Shown here: in pieces, positions 1 to 34,902 of the stretch
Numbering within the stretch: the stretch's first letter is position 1
Layout: the number at the start of each line of letters is the position of its first letter
From: Tubiluchus corallicola
Taxonomy: Eukaryota > Animalia > Priapulida
NCBI GenBank assembly: GCA_030141605.1
Contig: JAQGDQ010000225.1
Span: forward strand, 298,064 to 362,063
Reading direction: 5' to 3'
Length of the DNA: 64,000 nucleotides
The notes under the pieces: generated by a model
Told to the model about the DNA's origin: nothing
The model's input: the letters and a program-made list of their open reading frames with translations, nothing else
Database searches by the model: none
Made by a program: the position numbers and the translations under genes

Positions 1-1654
1 ACACAGCAGACTCTATTACTGATCACGGTATTTCCACTGTACCCAATGGCCTGCTGTGCACGTTTGACCATCATTTTTACACGTGCTCCAGTGTTTGTTT
101 ATTATTTGCAACACTTTAAAGACACAGAAATATAGTTTGAAATAGATGTTGTCGTGCAAATCAAACACCTCAACACAAATCACCATTCTTTGTGCAACAA
201 AATTAATAATGCAAACTTCAGTCAGTTTCACGTCAGTCTGATGGTTTGACTTTTTAGCTGCTCCGCATTTACCATGGATTTTCAAAGTTATATAATATCA
301 AAGCATAATAGTTTCCTAGACTGAAGTAAAAAACTTAATCAATTTCATTAAAAGCTAAATGCAGTTTACGCATATCATGATGTACTCCTTTTTTGTGTCA
401 ACTTGCCAATGCACTTAAAGGAAAATAAGCTGCTTTTCTGGATTCTATCCCATTTTGAATTACAGTAAAAAATATACATTTCATCACCGATAATAATGCT
501 AAAATGTTTCTGATATTACAAATTGGCTTAGGCACTTAGTTAACAGGCAGTGAGCACAGTTAGCGATGATGTCTCAACTGAACACAATTTTCAACCAGCA
601 AAAGTAATTGGGTGGGGGGGGGTGATGCATGTGTTTACAAAAGTAAAAATTGAAATACAATGCAGCAATGACTATAATTTACACTAACTGGGATGCTGGT
701 GCCGGGTTCATCTAACCAGCGAATGGTGAAATGCAAAAAACTAAGGAACATGAAATTAAACTTCCGTGGAAATGATTTGTTCGTGTAAATCATTCTTGAA
801 GAAACAAATATTTTTCTTTTCAATACTTTATACATTCGATCATTTGAGCTACAGTTTAAGGTTGGATTCGGATTTTGTTTAATGCTTTCTGTAAAACTAT
901 GCATTAGTCCAACAATCACCAGATCCTGCTATATTAGAAGCTTGTCAGCATAACATCAGGTAATTAGAAATCAGGATTTGATATGTGAAACTCGTGGGAG
1001 AGTGACAAATTGTTGTCATGGAAGTTCTGAGGAGAATAATAGGAGAGTTATTTTCTAGAAGTGGTAAAATATTACAAAATGTATAAGATTATCTACATTA
1101 TTAGGAAGTGTTCAGACTTAGTATACACTACAAGCTACATAAGTCAGTATGCCATTTACATTTTTGATATTTTTTAACCAAATAAAGCAATATATTTGCA
1201 AACTGGATGAACTAAAACCTTGGAGAATTCTTTTAGTTAAATTAGATGAAAATCTGAAAAGAACTACTACACTAGTAGTCTTTTTTATCTTCACTACCTT
1301 CTTCAAAGCACTCCTGCTAATGATTAACACATGTATTTTCAACACCAGCAAGCTTTTCCAGTCAAATGTTTGCACAACAATCTCTAATTGTTATTTGGAA
1401 TTCATGAAGGACGATTGAAGGTGTCTTGGCCTTTTCGTATATAAGCGTTTGCAAAGATTTGAAGGCTGTCACAAATCAAGGCGCCAAAATTTCTGTAAAA
1501 AGAGCCCCAGTGACCATTCCAATGGCAAGTCAGGCATCTTACATTGAGAAACTCTTTCACACTTCTTGTGAGTAGTGATGAAGGCCCTTTCACTGCATTG
1601 CTAACAGTGAAAACGTAGTGTGGTACGCATACTGTTCTCAATTTCTTCTATACT

Positions 1655-1890
1655 TTAGTTTATGATCAAAGCCCCCTTCTTGTCGGACTGACAGGCGGAT
1701 ATTTTGCATCTCGTTCTCATTCCTAACTCTACTGTCGTCACCATAACAAAGGGATTCAATTCAAAATTCAAATAAAAAGAGTTGTCAAAGACCGCTTTTG
1801 ATTGACGCCCAATTTCATCAAGACTGGATGTAAAGCTAAAAAGAAAATCAGAAATCAAAGTCAATACTGACTTTTGAGAAACCCTGTATA
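1655..1890. mobile_element. Tc1/mariner-like terminal relic
   Basis: Ends ...CTTTTGAGAAACCCTG|TATA (minus strand TA|CAGGGT...), typical of a mariner TIR start with TA target; partner TIR not found. Confidence 0.35.
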
Positions 1891-2091
1891 ATAACATTTT
1901 TAAGGCATCTTAAGGTATATTACAAAAGCTTTGTTTAGTAGTTAATTAAAAACATAAACATAGTTTATGATAATAACTAGTAGATTATACCTTAGTTATA
2001 ATAGTTCATCATCTAGTTTATTTTATAATGTTTGTCTACTATTTATATAGATTTAATATATATATTATATTGTATTGTATTGTGTATTGTA

Positions 2092-2420
2092 TTATAATAT
2101 AATATAATATAATATAATATAATATAATATAATATAATATAATATAATATAATATAATATAATATAATATAATATAATATAATATAATATAATATAATAT
2201 AATATAATATAATATAATATAATATAATATAATATAATATAATATAATATAATATAATATAATATAATATAATATAATATAATATAATATAATATAATAT
2301 AATATAATATAATATAATATAACATAACATAACATAACATAACATAACATAACATAACATAACATAACATAACATAACATAACATAACATAACATAACAT
2401 AACATAACATAACATAACAT
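2092..2420. repeat. Compound pentanucleotide microsatellite (AATAT)n(AACAT)n
   Basis: Directly visible; the unit switches at 2321. Confidence 0.97.
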
Positions 2421-2910
2421 AATATATAGATTTTATAAATTGTTGACTTTATTTAAAATTACTGTGCTATGTTCAATCCCTGCTTGCAACATTTTTAATT
2501 CAACACTTTTTATTATAACACATGTTAGTATAACATAAAATATTAGTAATCAGGTCCATACTATATTACATTACAAGCAGATATCAGAATTTATTATGTA
2601 ATTCTTACTGATTTTTCAAGCTTCCGTGTGTAAATTTAGGAGTGCAATGGGCGTGCGGGCAGCAGATGTGATCGCGTTGTGAATATGGGGTAAATAAAAA
2701 AATCAAAAACATGGTTGCTGCACTAGACGAGCAAGCTTGTTGTGGCCACTTAAACTTTACACACAGGAAATTTTGCATGACTTCGCAAAGTTACATTACA
2801 AAGTCAAGTAACGCCTCTTTTTTCTTTAATCTTGCTGAGCCAATCACTCAATTTTACAAAAAACTGTGTTAGGTGAATTTTACACAGTTTTTTATGTTAA
2901 CTTTCCTTAC

Positions 2911-2996
2911 CGTCTCGTTTTTCACTTTTTCAAGATTTTCCCGTATCGCCTGATGTTCTGCAGTTTGATAAACTGTAACGCATGTCACAGGCACAC
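2911..2996 (-). CDS. UROS: UROS coding exon 5
   Basis: GVPVTCVTVYQTAEHQAIRENLEKVKNET; TTTTGCAG acceptor, GTAAGG donor. Confidence 0.9.
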
Positions 2997-5900
2997 CTGC
3001 AAAAGCAACAGGTTACAATTTTTCAGCATTAAATCGACTGTGCCTGGTGCAAACTTCAACCTTCTACTACCATTTTGTTTTCTGCTTTTTTATTTTTATT
3101 TCCTTTAGTGAAGAAAACACTTTCTTCTTGGTTTCAGCATTGAAGAGATTGAAGTTAAGTTTAAGATTTGTAAAAAGCTGGAAATAAGACTATTGCATGT
3201 GCTACAAGCTACAATACACACATTTGACAAATTTGTGACAAGGTGAAATTTTTTGTAAGTTTCTGAAAAATACTCTGCAGTCCACGTTGCAAAGGTCTAA
3301 CCAATCACTAAACAACAAAACAATATAAACTAAGTATGACTTTCAAGTATAAAAAACGCCCTTTCATAAATAAGGCTTAAAAAATTCATCCTGAAATTTT
3401 ATATCACTTGTATTTTGTAAATTATTAAAAAATTTTTGCTCCAATTACATAAAGTCTTTCAAACACGTAAGCGTAATGCTAAGTAATATAAGTTCGTAAG
3501 GAAAGTTTTTTTGGGATATACTTTAAAATTCCTGTTCTTTCCCATTAACTGGTATTTATAATTGAACAGTTTTCTTTACTATAAAGGCAAGTTTACTAAA
3601 GTTTTTAAAAGAAGTCACAAATGAGCCTAATGATAATTGGAAAGTTGTAAACAAACTCATTGCAAATAAATTGGCAGATGATCCTAGACATAAAACAACA
3701 ATGTAATTATGCATAATCCAAGTTCGAAATCGATACAACAGTACTTCATCAGCACTTGCATTATGACAAATATAAAGAATGTTAACTTTTTACATCATGA
3801 TTCTGCTATTTTACCTGAATCTTCCAATAACCGTGGTAACATTTCCATTTTGATATTGCTGCATGGGAAGAGGAGAGGTTTTGAAGATTTTTCGTCCCCC
3901 TCCTCCGCTCCTTCCTCTTTCTCTTTACTTAAGGCACCCACAATGGCCTCAGCGAGTGTCTCCGCTCGACCCGCATCTTCCCCTTGACACTTCAATCCCA
4001 GCTTGGCTTCTAAAACAGCAGGCAAAATAAAGACTAGGGTAGGCAGGAGCAAGCTTTTTCAATAAGTTTTCTGCCATGGGAAAATGCAGACGTAAATGAG
4101 AGAAAAAGAACGGTCCTATCCGACGTACGAAGTCTTGACACGCAAGTAAGACAAGTAGCTAACCTGTCACTTGACCATCTTTCTTCCATCAGTATATAAG
4201 TACATGACAAGGTACTCAATTAAAATTGAATAGGCAATAGTCTTAATGACCAAAAAATCCCCAACACGAGTGAGATTCGAACCCAGAGCTCTAGACAGGC
4301 AGCCAAGTATTAAGTGAAAGTGAAGGTACTGTGCCACTGTACAACATTCAGTAGCATACATAAGAACTCAGTAAATTTTTGAGTTAAAAATTTAAATTTC
4401 AACTTTACTGTTGTGTTCATGCATGAGCTGTCAAACATGTGTACTATTATATCACAGCTGAACCCATATGAACCGAGAGGTACAGCACCTGATTTTCTGC
4501 AACACACTTCCGAGATGCATGCTCTACTGCCCATTCTAACTAGCGAATGACAAAATGTATGTATCAGCGAAGAACGTGCCACGAGAACATGAATGTACCG
4601 TTCTGTAGCAATAATTCTTTCACTTAAGTCATTCTTAATAAGACAAGTTCCCTCTCAATATTTTATAAATTACATTGTTTTAAGCTATAGAAACAAAAAA
4701 TGACATGCTTGCACAGAAACACCTGTAAGACTAGGAAGCTCAAACTGAATTAAAATGAAATTTACCCTCAACCAGACCAACAAATGAGCAAAATTGCACT
4801 TGAAAGCCTGTTAACAAAAGCTACATGCTACCAAATGGCATGAATACACCATAAGGTTTTTAGTAAAAGATAAACTTGCAGTTTGAAAATGGTTCACTAA
4901 CTCACCCCCCTCCATACCTGCAATACTTTTTGTAGCCCGGCCCACAACAAAGACTGGTACTTTGTTCCAACTTTCTGTAATGTCGGCTACCTGAAAAAAT
5001 ACAAATTTCAGGATGAAGCCTGTGCACATGTGTTAAAATACATTGCTGTGCAAAACAACATTGAAAGCACATGATTAATCCAACTAATAATGAGGGAATC
5101 AAATGCTGGGATTAATTCTTCTATCATGGGAATTTTCTTGATGAAGTTCAGCGATACGTTTTGTGTTCCGACTACACTTAAACAAATACGAATTCAAACA
5201 TCAAAATCTCTTGCCCCAAACAATGGTGCATAAAAATTTCAAGAAACAAAATGTTTATAGTGTTTTTTATATTTTTCCCAGAGTTGCTTCTACATAGAGA
5301 AGTTAAAAAAAATGAAATGAAACAGAATAGAATAAAATGAACTAGCATAGAATGAAACAAGCGGTTCTTAAACACACTTTGTCTTTAGCTGCTCTTGCAA
5401 TTGCCTCGACGCTTCGTTGACTTGTGAGAACAAGACCGCTGTACGATTCCCGGGCATCCAGATGACCGACCAACTCCTCCAAGTTCACGTAGACGAAGTC
5501 AAGAACTGGAATGCTGATAGCTTTCAAGCCGTTGTTTATCAGAACCTAACAATGACAAAAAGTATGACGTTTCACTGACAGAAGTAAAAACAGAAATGAT
5601 AGAATCAATCCACATTGCTGTTTGTCCAACAGACTTTTTTCACTCATTGCAAAAAAAGGTGAAACTGCAATGCAAAAAAAAAGAATAAAGCAACAGCAAA
5701 CATGCAAATAAATAAGCAACAAGCATTAAGACATCAATAACAAACAGCAGAAAATGACTTGAAATTAAATCATTACATCACTACAAAACCAAAGTAAAAT
5801 TTATTACTAAATAAAGTTTCTAATCCTCAAAAAGGAGCATGAACGAATGCATGCCGACATAAAAACACACATATGCACGCACTTTAAACAGTTACAAAAA

Positions 5901-7175
5901 AAATCAGTAATTTACCACGATTGTGACAAAACCCAACAAATAAATTATCACAAAGCTCTATATAAAAATAAGCAAAGAGATGCACCTACAAACTTTTGAA
6001 GATCTGTATAGCAAACTTCGAGCGAATTTTCAGAAACAAACACAGACAAATTGATCTATAACAATTGCATACTGAACACACAACTATAGGTATCAATACA
6101 ACTAAAAACAGCATTTTACCTCATTCAAAAAAGGCTATCTAATGCCTCCATACTAGAGCATCCAAGCATGTTAAAAAACAGGTAACATTAAATAATCATG
6201 CTGTCCAATCTTCACTTCTGGCTTCACTTCACAGACACCATACCCGGGAGGTAGCATAACAATTGTTGAATTCTTAGATCAAGCTTGCTTGAAAGAAAGT
6301 AAATGTGAAAAATTGGGACACAAGTCTAGATTTGAACTAGAGGCCTCTCCCTTATAAGGCGAGTCTCGTGACTGCTCCGCTGCCCGGCCATGTCCCAACT
6401 TTTCTAAATCTCCTAATTTTCCTTTCTTTCGAACAAGTTCATTTTCAAAATTCAACAACTGCGGGTTATTCCACCGTTAGTAATAAAATTGGAATTATGA
6501 CTAAAAAGAGTTTTGGCAATTTTTCAACCAGTTGTACAAAAAATATCACCAAGACTGTGAGCCAGTTAGTGGCAGCTGCAGTTTGACTGTTGAACAAACC
6601 GTATATAAGACACTGCTTGAAAAAACACCAAGTCAACTCCACTAAAAAAAGCTTGTACTTTGGTAGTTACACAGAACTGAATTTGCTGAAATCAAAGTTA
6701 CTTTATCCTGCAATAAATGCCTTCAAATGACAGGGGCAACCAACTTCAGAAATGGAACTGGCCAGGTCTGGAGCACCTAAATTTTGGTGCAACTAGAATT
6801 TTTCTGGTAAGATTTCTGAAAACAAGCAGAATTTCCTTCACCATCACCATTTTATGATTTCAATAATTAGTTAATTTTTGCAATTTCAATAACTTCAATA
6901 AACTGAAAGGGTTCACAATTTATTTTAGATTTTATGCACAAAAGTAGGTGCTTCAAAACTGATTGTACATTTCATGACTTCTCGAACCATAGTGCCACCA
7001 AAATTTGACCAGTTCCATTATCAAGGATAACTTCTTTATTAAAACCTTGTCTTTTTACATGTAACTAATCAATGACTTGATGATAAAATGTTGCATAAAC
7101 GGCTTTGCAAACCTGTTCGTAGGGATCGGGACCACCATCCTCCTTTGCACTGCGCAAAAGTACGGTCGTGGTCAT
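2911..7175 (-). CDS. UROS: Uroporphyrinogen-III synthase, spliced, 3'-incomplete (exons 7175-7113, 5545-5378, 4990-4918, 4009-3815, 2996-2911)
   Basis: Joined exons read MTTTVLLRSAKEDGGPDPYEQ|VLINNGLKAISIPVLDF...YSGLVLTSQRSVEAI...|VADITESWNKVPVFVVGRATKSIA|EAKLGLKCQGEDAGRAETLA...PLLFPCSNIKMEMLPRLLEDS|GVPVTCVTVYQTAEHQAIRENL. These match animal UROS motifs (DPY, IPVL, TSxRxVEA, VVGxAT, LLFPC, VYQT). All introns are GT-AG with phases 0,0,1,1,0. I did not find the FFSPS exon in 1-2900, so it is presumably left of the window. Confidence 0.93.
3418..3532. repeat. Dispersed repeat shared with 55205-55321
   Basis: gtaagcgtaatg(c/t)taagtaatataa...aaagtttttt..gatatactttaaaattcc occurs at both loci. Confidence 0.7.
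3815..4009 (-). CDS. UROS: UROS coding exon 4
   Basis: EAKLGLKCQGEDAGRAETLAEAIV...KPLLFPCSNIKMEMLPRLLEDS, phase 1-1. Confidence 0.9.
4255..4305 (-). mobile_element. tRNA-derived SINE relic
   Basis: B-box GGGTTCGAATCTC followed by a T-run on the minus strand. Confidence 0.35.
4918..4990 (-). CDS. UROS: UROS coding exon 3 (alternative end at 4906 possible)
   Basis: VADITESWNKVPVFVVGRATKSIA; TTTTTCAG acceptor; donor GTATGG, or GTGAGT 12 nt further. Confidence 0.88.
5378..5545 (-). CDS. UROS: UROS coding exon 2
   Basis: VLINNGLKAISIPVLDFVYVNLEELVGHLDARESYSGLVLTSQRSVEAIARAAKDK, phase 0-0. Confidence 0.9.
6316..6390 (-). mobile_element. tRNA-derived SINE head / tRNA pseudogene
   Basis: Minus strand GGCCGGGCAGCGGAGCAGTC...CTTATAAG...AGTTCAAATCT: degenerate A box, anticodon-like loop and B box; stems imperfect. 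Confidence 0.4.
7113..7175 (-). CDS. UROS: UROS first coding exon
   Basis: ATG at 7175; MTTTVLLRSAKEDGGPDPYEQ; donor GTTTGC at 7112; an upstream acceptor at 7201-7200 implies a 5' non-coding exon. Confidence 0.88.
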
Positions 7176-9349
7176 GGCAGACGGCCCAGATAATTTAATC
7201 TGCAAAAAATTAATTTGTAGTTTTGATACACATTTTGAAAGCTTTCACTCAATTGCATAACTGCAAATATTGCGATGTCTTCCATACTTTGAGCTGCCTC
7301 AGAAACTAAGCAATTCTATGAATGGAAATTATTTAAAAACAAATGAAACTTTTCACCATCTCTGTCTTCAACAAACATGGTAAGCAACATCACAAGATCA
7401 AACAGAATAGAGGGGTAACTCCTACGTTAAACTATGAAAGCATGAATGCATCATATATACATTCGCGGCCATTTGTAAACAACCTCTCCTATAATTTTAG
7501 AGAAACAACCAGACACAGGCATTACCCACAGAGCTAAAAGTCTAGCCAACCACCAGTCAGCAAACCAGACACCTATTTTTAGAAAGTTCCAGAAAAGTTA
7601 ATCAGAGAGAGAGCGTAACATACCCAGCCACTGATTGGTGTTGCTCTGAATAAATATTTCTCAACTGTGGCAACAATCAGCAAACAGAGAAAAGTTACAA
7701 AGCAGGATTACTACCAAAAATATCAACTTTGCTTAGAGACTAAAAAGGCTTAGTCATGATAAAAATGACAAAAGCAGAATTTAAGTCAACGGGTTGCTAA
7801 TAAACTACCAAGAAATAAGAAATTTAAAATGAAGAAAGAAAAAGTTATAAGCCTTACAGTGGTTATTCTAAAAACAGGATAATACAGAAATGGCAAAAAT
7901 ATTTAGCTTTTAAAAAGCTAAAAGAGACAAATTGTAACTTTCTGTTTGTCCATAAATAGAAATCAGTAATAATGCAGTGTACTTTACAAGTCCAATCAAC
8001 TACAAATCTTTAAATGAGCACATGACTAAACAAATAAAAACATACAGATAGACAAACAACAAATAGATGAGTGAACAAGAGAAAAAAGACAAGAGACAAA
8101 ATGGACAAGTAAATTAATAAATATTTTAATTATAATTATATAAGTAAATTCTTCATAAAACTAAGGATGACGACTAAAAGAATTAAAACCTAATAGTGTG
8201 CATAGAAGCAGGCCTGGTATACTTTTGAAGCAATAAAGTACTTTGTTGAGAAGAAGTGATTCCAAACCTTACAGCAAAAAAGAAACAGAAACTCGCTGCC
8301 AGCAAAGTGTATATACTGATGTAACATAAAAAAGGTTCACCTTTGGCAAAAAAAGTTGGTGACGATGCACATTAAAGAATTGCCACAATGAAACATGCAA
8401 ATTCATTGGAGATTCACTACTATATAGAACTCTAAATAAGAGATGAATTGGAAATTCTATGTTGAGAACTCTCTTACAATTCAGAGAAATAACAGTTTAT
8501 GTTTATATAGTGTTTCCATGACTTAAGATTTGTATTTGTTGTACTCATATAAAAAAACACAATATTTTGGTTACATCCACTATGCAGTATGCACAGGTGA
8601 AATCAAAAATAAAAAAGCAAGAAAAATATCAGTGATACAGCTGTGACATTTTGTGCTTTTTGAAATTTTTCTTTTGTGATTTTTTGCCATTGTGTTATTA
8701 TAAAAGTGTTAAACATCTGCTTAATACCTGCTTTGAAAATATATGATTGCGAGAAACAATTTATTAAATCAGCTTAGCAAAATACTTCACTTTTAAATAT
8801 AGTAACTAAACAAATAATAAAAAATCAGAACTTTCTTAGGTTTTATACAAACATTCATTCTTTGAACTACATCTACGTGCAAAGACTAAAAATACGTACC
8901 ACAGAAGTAATAACTCCAAAACAACTAGTAACAACTAAGAAAAATTTGTGTGACTTCCCTCACAGTTGAGCAACACAGTTAGCAATGAATGGTATGGGTG
9001 TGAAGCTTCATGCAGCAGCTGCAAGTCTATCCACATGCCTCCCGGTAGGATGTAAGATGATCTGCTCTGCAAATGGGATGCTCATCCACTGGCGGAGTCT
9101 GGTGACACTGCAGTCTCAGCGTGTGTCATATGTGGTGGAGTTACGTTACAGAAATTCTGTTACAGTTACATTTTAATCTTTTACCTGAAAAAAGTAAATG
9201 TCATTATCAATGTAATTATTTTCTATAACAATGTTCATTTCCTATAATAATGTTTATTTCCTATAATAGTGTTTATTCCCTGTAATACTGCGAGACTTAT
9301 CAAAATGAAATAATTATAAACTCTACTTTCAACTACGAAAAAACGTTGT

Positions 9350-9985
9350 AGCTATGGTTGCTGTAGTCGTTGTTGCTGTTATTATTGCTGCTATAGCTGT
9401 TGTTTTTGCTGTTGTTTTGTCATCGTTGTCATTCTTGTTGAAGCTGCCACTGTACTTGTTTTCTTGTTGTTATTCTTGTTCTTTTTCTTGGTGTAGCTGT
9501 GGCTATTGTTGAGTTGCTGCTGTTTTGTTGATGTTATTGCTGATGCCACTGTTACTGCTGTCATTGCTGCCACTGTTGTTGCTGTTCTTATTTCTGCTGC
9601 TGATCTTGCTGCTGCGGTTCTTGTTGTTACTGTTACTGTTCCACTTGTTTTTGTTGTTATTGTTGTTGTTGCTGCTGCCATCATTGATACTGCTTTTGTT
9701 GTGGTTTTATTTCTTATTGTTGCACATGGTAGCTGTCACAGTCATTATTTGGTTGCTGGTGTTGATGCTGTTGGCACAGTTGCTAGTGTTATTGCTACTG
9801 TTTTTGCTGTTGCTGGTGCTGTTGTTGTTGTTGTGGTCATTGTTGTTATGGTCGTTGTTGTTGTTATTGTGGTCATTGTTATGTTCTTGTTCTTATCACT
9901 CTTGTTGGTCTATTGTGGTTTTGTTCCTGTTTTTGCTGCTGCTATTATTGTTGTAGTGTTGTTGTTGTTCTTGTTGTTGATAAGG
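9350..9985. repeat. Degenerate (GTT/GCT)n trinucleotide low-complexity tract
   Basis: Directly visible; source of the spurious poly-V/L/T ORFs. Confidence 0.9.
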
Positions 9986-10271
9986 ATGTCCTTAAGCTTG
10001 AACAGTTTCCTGTGCTCCAGTTTAAAGAACAATAATCATGTTATGCTACTTGGTTGGTATGAGACTACGATGATAAGAATTTAATTTAGGTTTCCGCACC
10101 TACATTTAAGACATCATATCAAATGCATGCTACTAACACACCAAAAATTCATTTGCAGTAAATATGAAGCAAGTAAGGTAACACCGTTTATGGCTTACTA
10201 TAAGAAAACAAAGCACGCCATAAAAACCAGTAAATTATGCAGTTTTGGCATTTTGCATTTGAGCTTGTAGC

Positions 10272-10846
10272 CAATGGCGGCTCTTAGCTAAAATTAGTGA
10301 GAGTGCTGCTTCAGAAAATTTTCAGCCATTGTTTTGATATTGTGTAACACGAAACAAACATATAAAAAGAAAATTTATACATAAATTTGATAAAATCCTA
10401 AACAAAACATATTTTTTACTTACTAAAAGCCTAAAGTGTTACAGTTCAATTTAAATTAACCTAATTAATTAATTTATTAAAGCAGATTAAGTTTAGATCA
10501 ATCCATTCATTTAAAAACAAACTCCATTCATCTTGCTTTACTTTGTGTCAAAAAAGAGTAATAATTTCCCCCTTGATCGACACTGCGTGAGCGACAGTGC
10601 TCTCTCGACCCAGCGTGCAGTTTCTTATCTACGGCATGTGCGCATGGCTACATGAGCATAACAGCCAAACACCGCATTGCTGGAGCTACGAAGCTCACAG
10701 TTCTGTCATGTGCTCTGGTTCCATACAAGTATGTAAAAGTATAAAGGAAGAATTAAAGAAAGAAAGACTCATTTATATTAGTGATAATATCGAGTGAAAA
10801 TAGAGGGTGCTGCAGTTCCGCAATGCCTATGCACGAGCCGCCACTG
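10272..10846. mobile_element. hAT-like MITE (family A)
   Basis: Ends CAATGGCGGCTC ... GAGCCGCCACTG; perfect 8-bp TSD CTTGTAGC (10264-10271 and 10847-10854); no coding capacity. Confidence 0.85.
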
Positions 10847-12439
10847 CTTGTAGCGTATGCCACCATTGATTTAGAAAAAAGTGACATTGATGCAACAGCC
10901 ATAAGACATGCTTTTTGCACTTCAACAGTTTCTCTCAGTTTTTTGTCTTAGAATATGGGAGACAATGGATGACTGAGGCACCTAAATAACAGCTTACAAA
11001 TAAGCCTACCACAAGTCCTTACTTACAGCTTACAGAGCAGATAGGGGTTAAGCATAAATGATCGCTTTTTATCCCTCCAATCTTCTCTGGATGTTTTACT
11101 TGTGTTAACAGATGGTGGCACTATCGATACGATCTGATAGATAGTATCATCGTGTACATGTACAAGCGATGAAGCACTATCAATTAACTTACTGTTAATT
11201 TAACCAACACCCTTGAGAATTCTGAATTATAATTTGCCTGTGTCTTCTGTTCAGCATTTAAGTGTTATAAGTCCAAAATGTGGTGGGATAGGATTTTTCA
11301 GCAATTACTGGAATCATTCTAGTTCTTGTTGCTAAATGCTTTCAAGTTCATAAATCATGTCATGTCTAGAAGTGCTCCAGATCACGTCAGCATAGTCTAA
11401 GACAGGCCTTCCCCTTGATTTGTAGACTGATCAACATACCAGTATCCAAATACCTGAAGTTGTGCTTTACTAAAGTCTATGTGCCTTTTGCAATATTTTA
11501 TGGATGTGACTTAAGTAAGTTAGTAAGTAGGTAAGTAAGTAAGTAAGTGAGTGGATGAATAAATATTTTACTCACTATCAATAAGACATCTCTTTTCTTT
11601 TTTGAGATTTATTAGTATTCAACAAACTTGAATTCCAGCTGCCAATTTAAATTACTAATATCAAGTTGTTATGAATGAAGGTATTTAAAAGTGATATTTT
11701 AAATGTATACCGACATCTGATTGGCAGCCAATGAAGACTACACAAAGCATTTATTGCAGTATCACATTTTGTAACACCTGTTGCAACTTTGTTTTTTCCC
11801 TTTTATGGTGCAATGTATCATTGCATTCAAACAAGGGTGGATGCTGGATGACCGCATGGTCTCTCTCCACCCTGTCTCTTTCTTTCTCTCTGACTTATTA
11901 TTGATAACACAATACCGTGTAAACTATTATAAAATTGATGTATAAAAACTACAAAGTACAGGACGACTTAATCATTCAGTTCGATTCAAATTTGGTTTTT
12001 AATACTCTGCTCATTTCTTTTCAACATCTTGATCTTCTCACATAGGCTTTTCTTCAATTTTTTTCGATAATTATTTTGATATAGATATTCTCCAACCTTT
12101 AATTACCGTATATTACCGCTTCCTTATTAATTTTTCTGTTTGCCATGTGCCTCTAAGACTAAGAGCAGAAACCATCTCTGCACTCATTTGCAGTCATTTA
12201 ATGTTACACCAATTGAAAAGATGCTGCATACTGTAGTAACATTTTTCTGTGATTTTCAGTGTTTCATTTTAAATTTATTTAAATTCTCGGTTTAATGTTT
12301 TTGTGGTCTTATTTGACTTATTTCTTATTATATTTGGTATCTTAAATATTTACTGTTTCAACAAAAAGTATTTATCTCGGTGTTTTTCTAGACACAGACA
12401 TAATAACACGTCTACGCCTTCAGCAACATAAGAAATATT

Positions 12440-13240
12440 CCTGTAGGGCGCCGAGTAACCCACTAGCCACTTCCGGTCTTCTGATTTCGACCATCACATT
12501 AACATTTAAGTGGAAAAAACATAAATACATCTTGCATGCTATTGAACCGTTGCATAAGGCTAAGCTAAAAACTGCAATATTTCTGTTAAATAAAATAGTA
12601 AACTTATTAAATCAAATTTAAATAGTTACATGGCTTCCATTAAATGCATGATGCAAGTCTTCTTCCGGTTTAAGTTAAATTCACTTAACATAAACCATCT
12701 GTCTACTTGCAGCATCCGTGCATGTAGTGTCCCAATATGTTGCCAGAAAAGCAAAAACCAATGCTGGAATACTGATACCTGATTGGATGAAATACTTGGC
12801 CGGCCGGTGCACGCCATACAAAATAAAACTCATTTCTATTTTAGGGCAGCTGTTGTCCTCACGGCCACTTCGATAAATTCCGTGTATCATCTTTGATTTG
12901 AAATTAATGTAGTCTAATTTGGGCGGTCGTTTTATCAAGGCCGATGTCGGCCGGTTTGTGTATCTTGGCAGCCGTGTATCATTGGCTTTAGTAAAACTTA
13001 ATATGCATAAATACCGAGTATGGAGGAAGTCTATTGTCCTAGCCTTACATCCATATTTTCGCTTGTATTTGGATAATTTAATTTCAACATTTGATTTTCC
13101 ACACTTTATGTAAGCCATTATAATCACCGCTCATATAATAATGTAAGCCCTATAAGTGGTAATTGATTACTACTGCCACTGCATAGATTTTTTTAGGTGT
13201 AATGGTAACTGCCATTCACTTGAAAATTATGACTTAACTG
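12440..13240. promoter_or_regulatory. Putative shared (bidirectional) promoter region of UROS and the HEXD-like gene
   Basis: Local CpG/GC enrichment between the divergent genes; ETS-type CCACTTCCGG (~12468); CACGTG (~13230); candidate minus-strand donor CAG|GTATCA at 12778 and plus-strand donor GTATGG at 13018. Confidence 0.4.
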
Positions 13241-13668
13241 GTAGATATCACGTGTTTCCATAAACGCGCGCTGTTTAAACTATTTCAAATTTCTGCAGCT
13301 TAACCTAACATTCCTACAAAAATATCACAAAATTAACTATCTATTTTTTTTGTCAAAACAATTTTTTGTACTTTTAACGAAAATTGGTAGTGTTCTGCTG
13401 TTCTTTAGTGAATAACAATGTCATTGGTGGAAAAAGAGGCGTCAGAATGGGAAATTAAATGATCACGACTTTAAAGTGATTTTACTAATTACATGAGGCA
13501 CTTACTACGCTTTTATTACTAATCCTTCTAACATTTTTCATGAACAATGAAATATCACTAACTTTGCAGAAGGCTTGGCCTTTCCTTTAAATTGTAATCT
13601 CCATTTACTAATAGACTAGGATCATTTCAAAAATTTTCTTATACTTCAGCAAAGTCTCTGAACGTTGA

Positions 13669-34902
<21,234 letters not shown>

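Noticed and set aside
1118-1160. Possible UROS exon (GILTYVACSVY)
   Set aside because: Ends in a stop, and the true VYQT exon is at 2911-2996.
2039-2420. ORFs of MLCYV/YYIIL repeats
   Set aside because: Translations of a pentanucleotide microsatellite.
6316-6390. Functional tRNA gene
   Set aside because: Acceptor and D stems do not pair convincingly; kept only as a SINE/pseudo-tRNA relic.
9391-10084. Hydrophobic poly-V/L and poly-T/A ORFs resembling membrane or mucin proteins
   Set aside because: Degenerate GTT/GCT repeat open in several frames on both strands; no splice or homology support.
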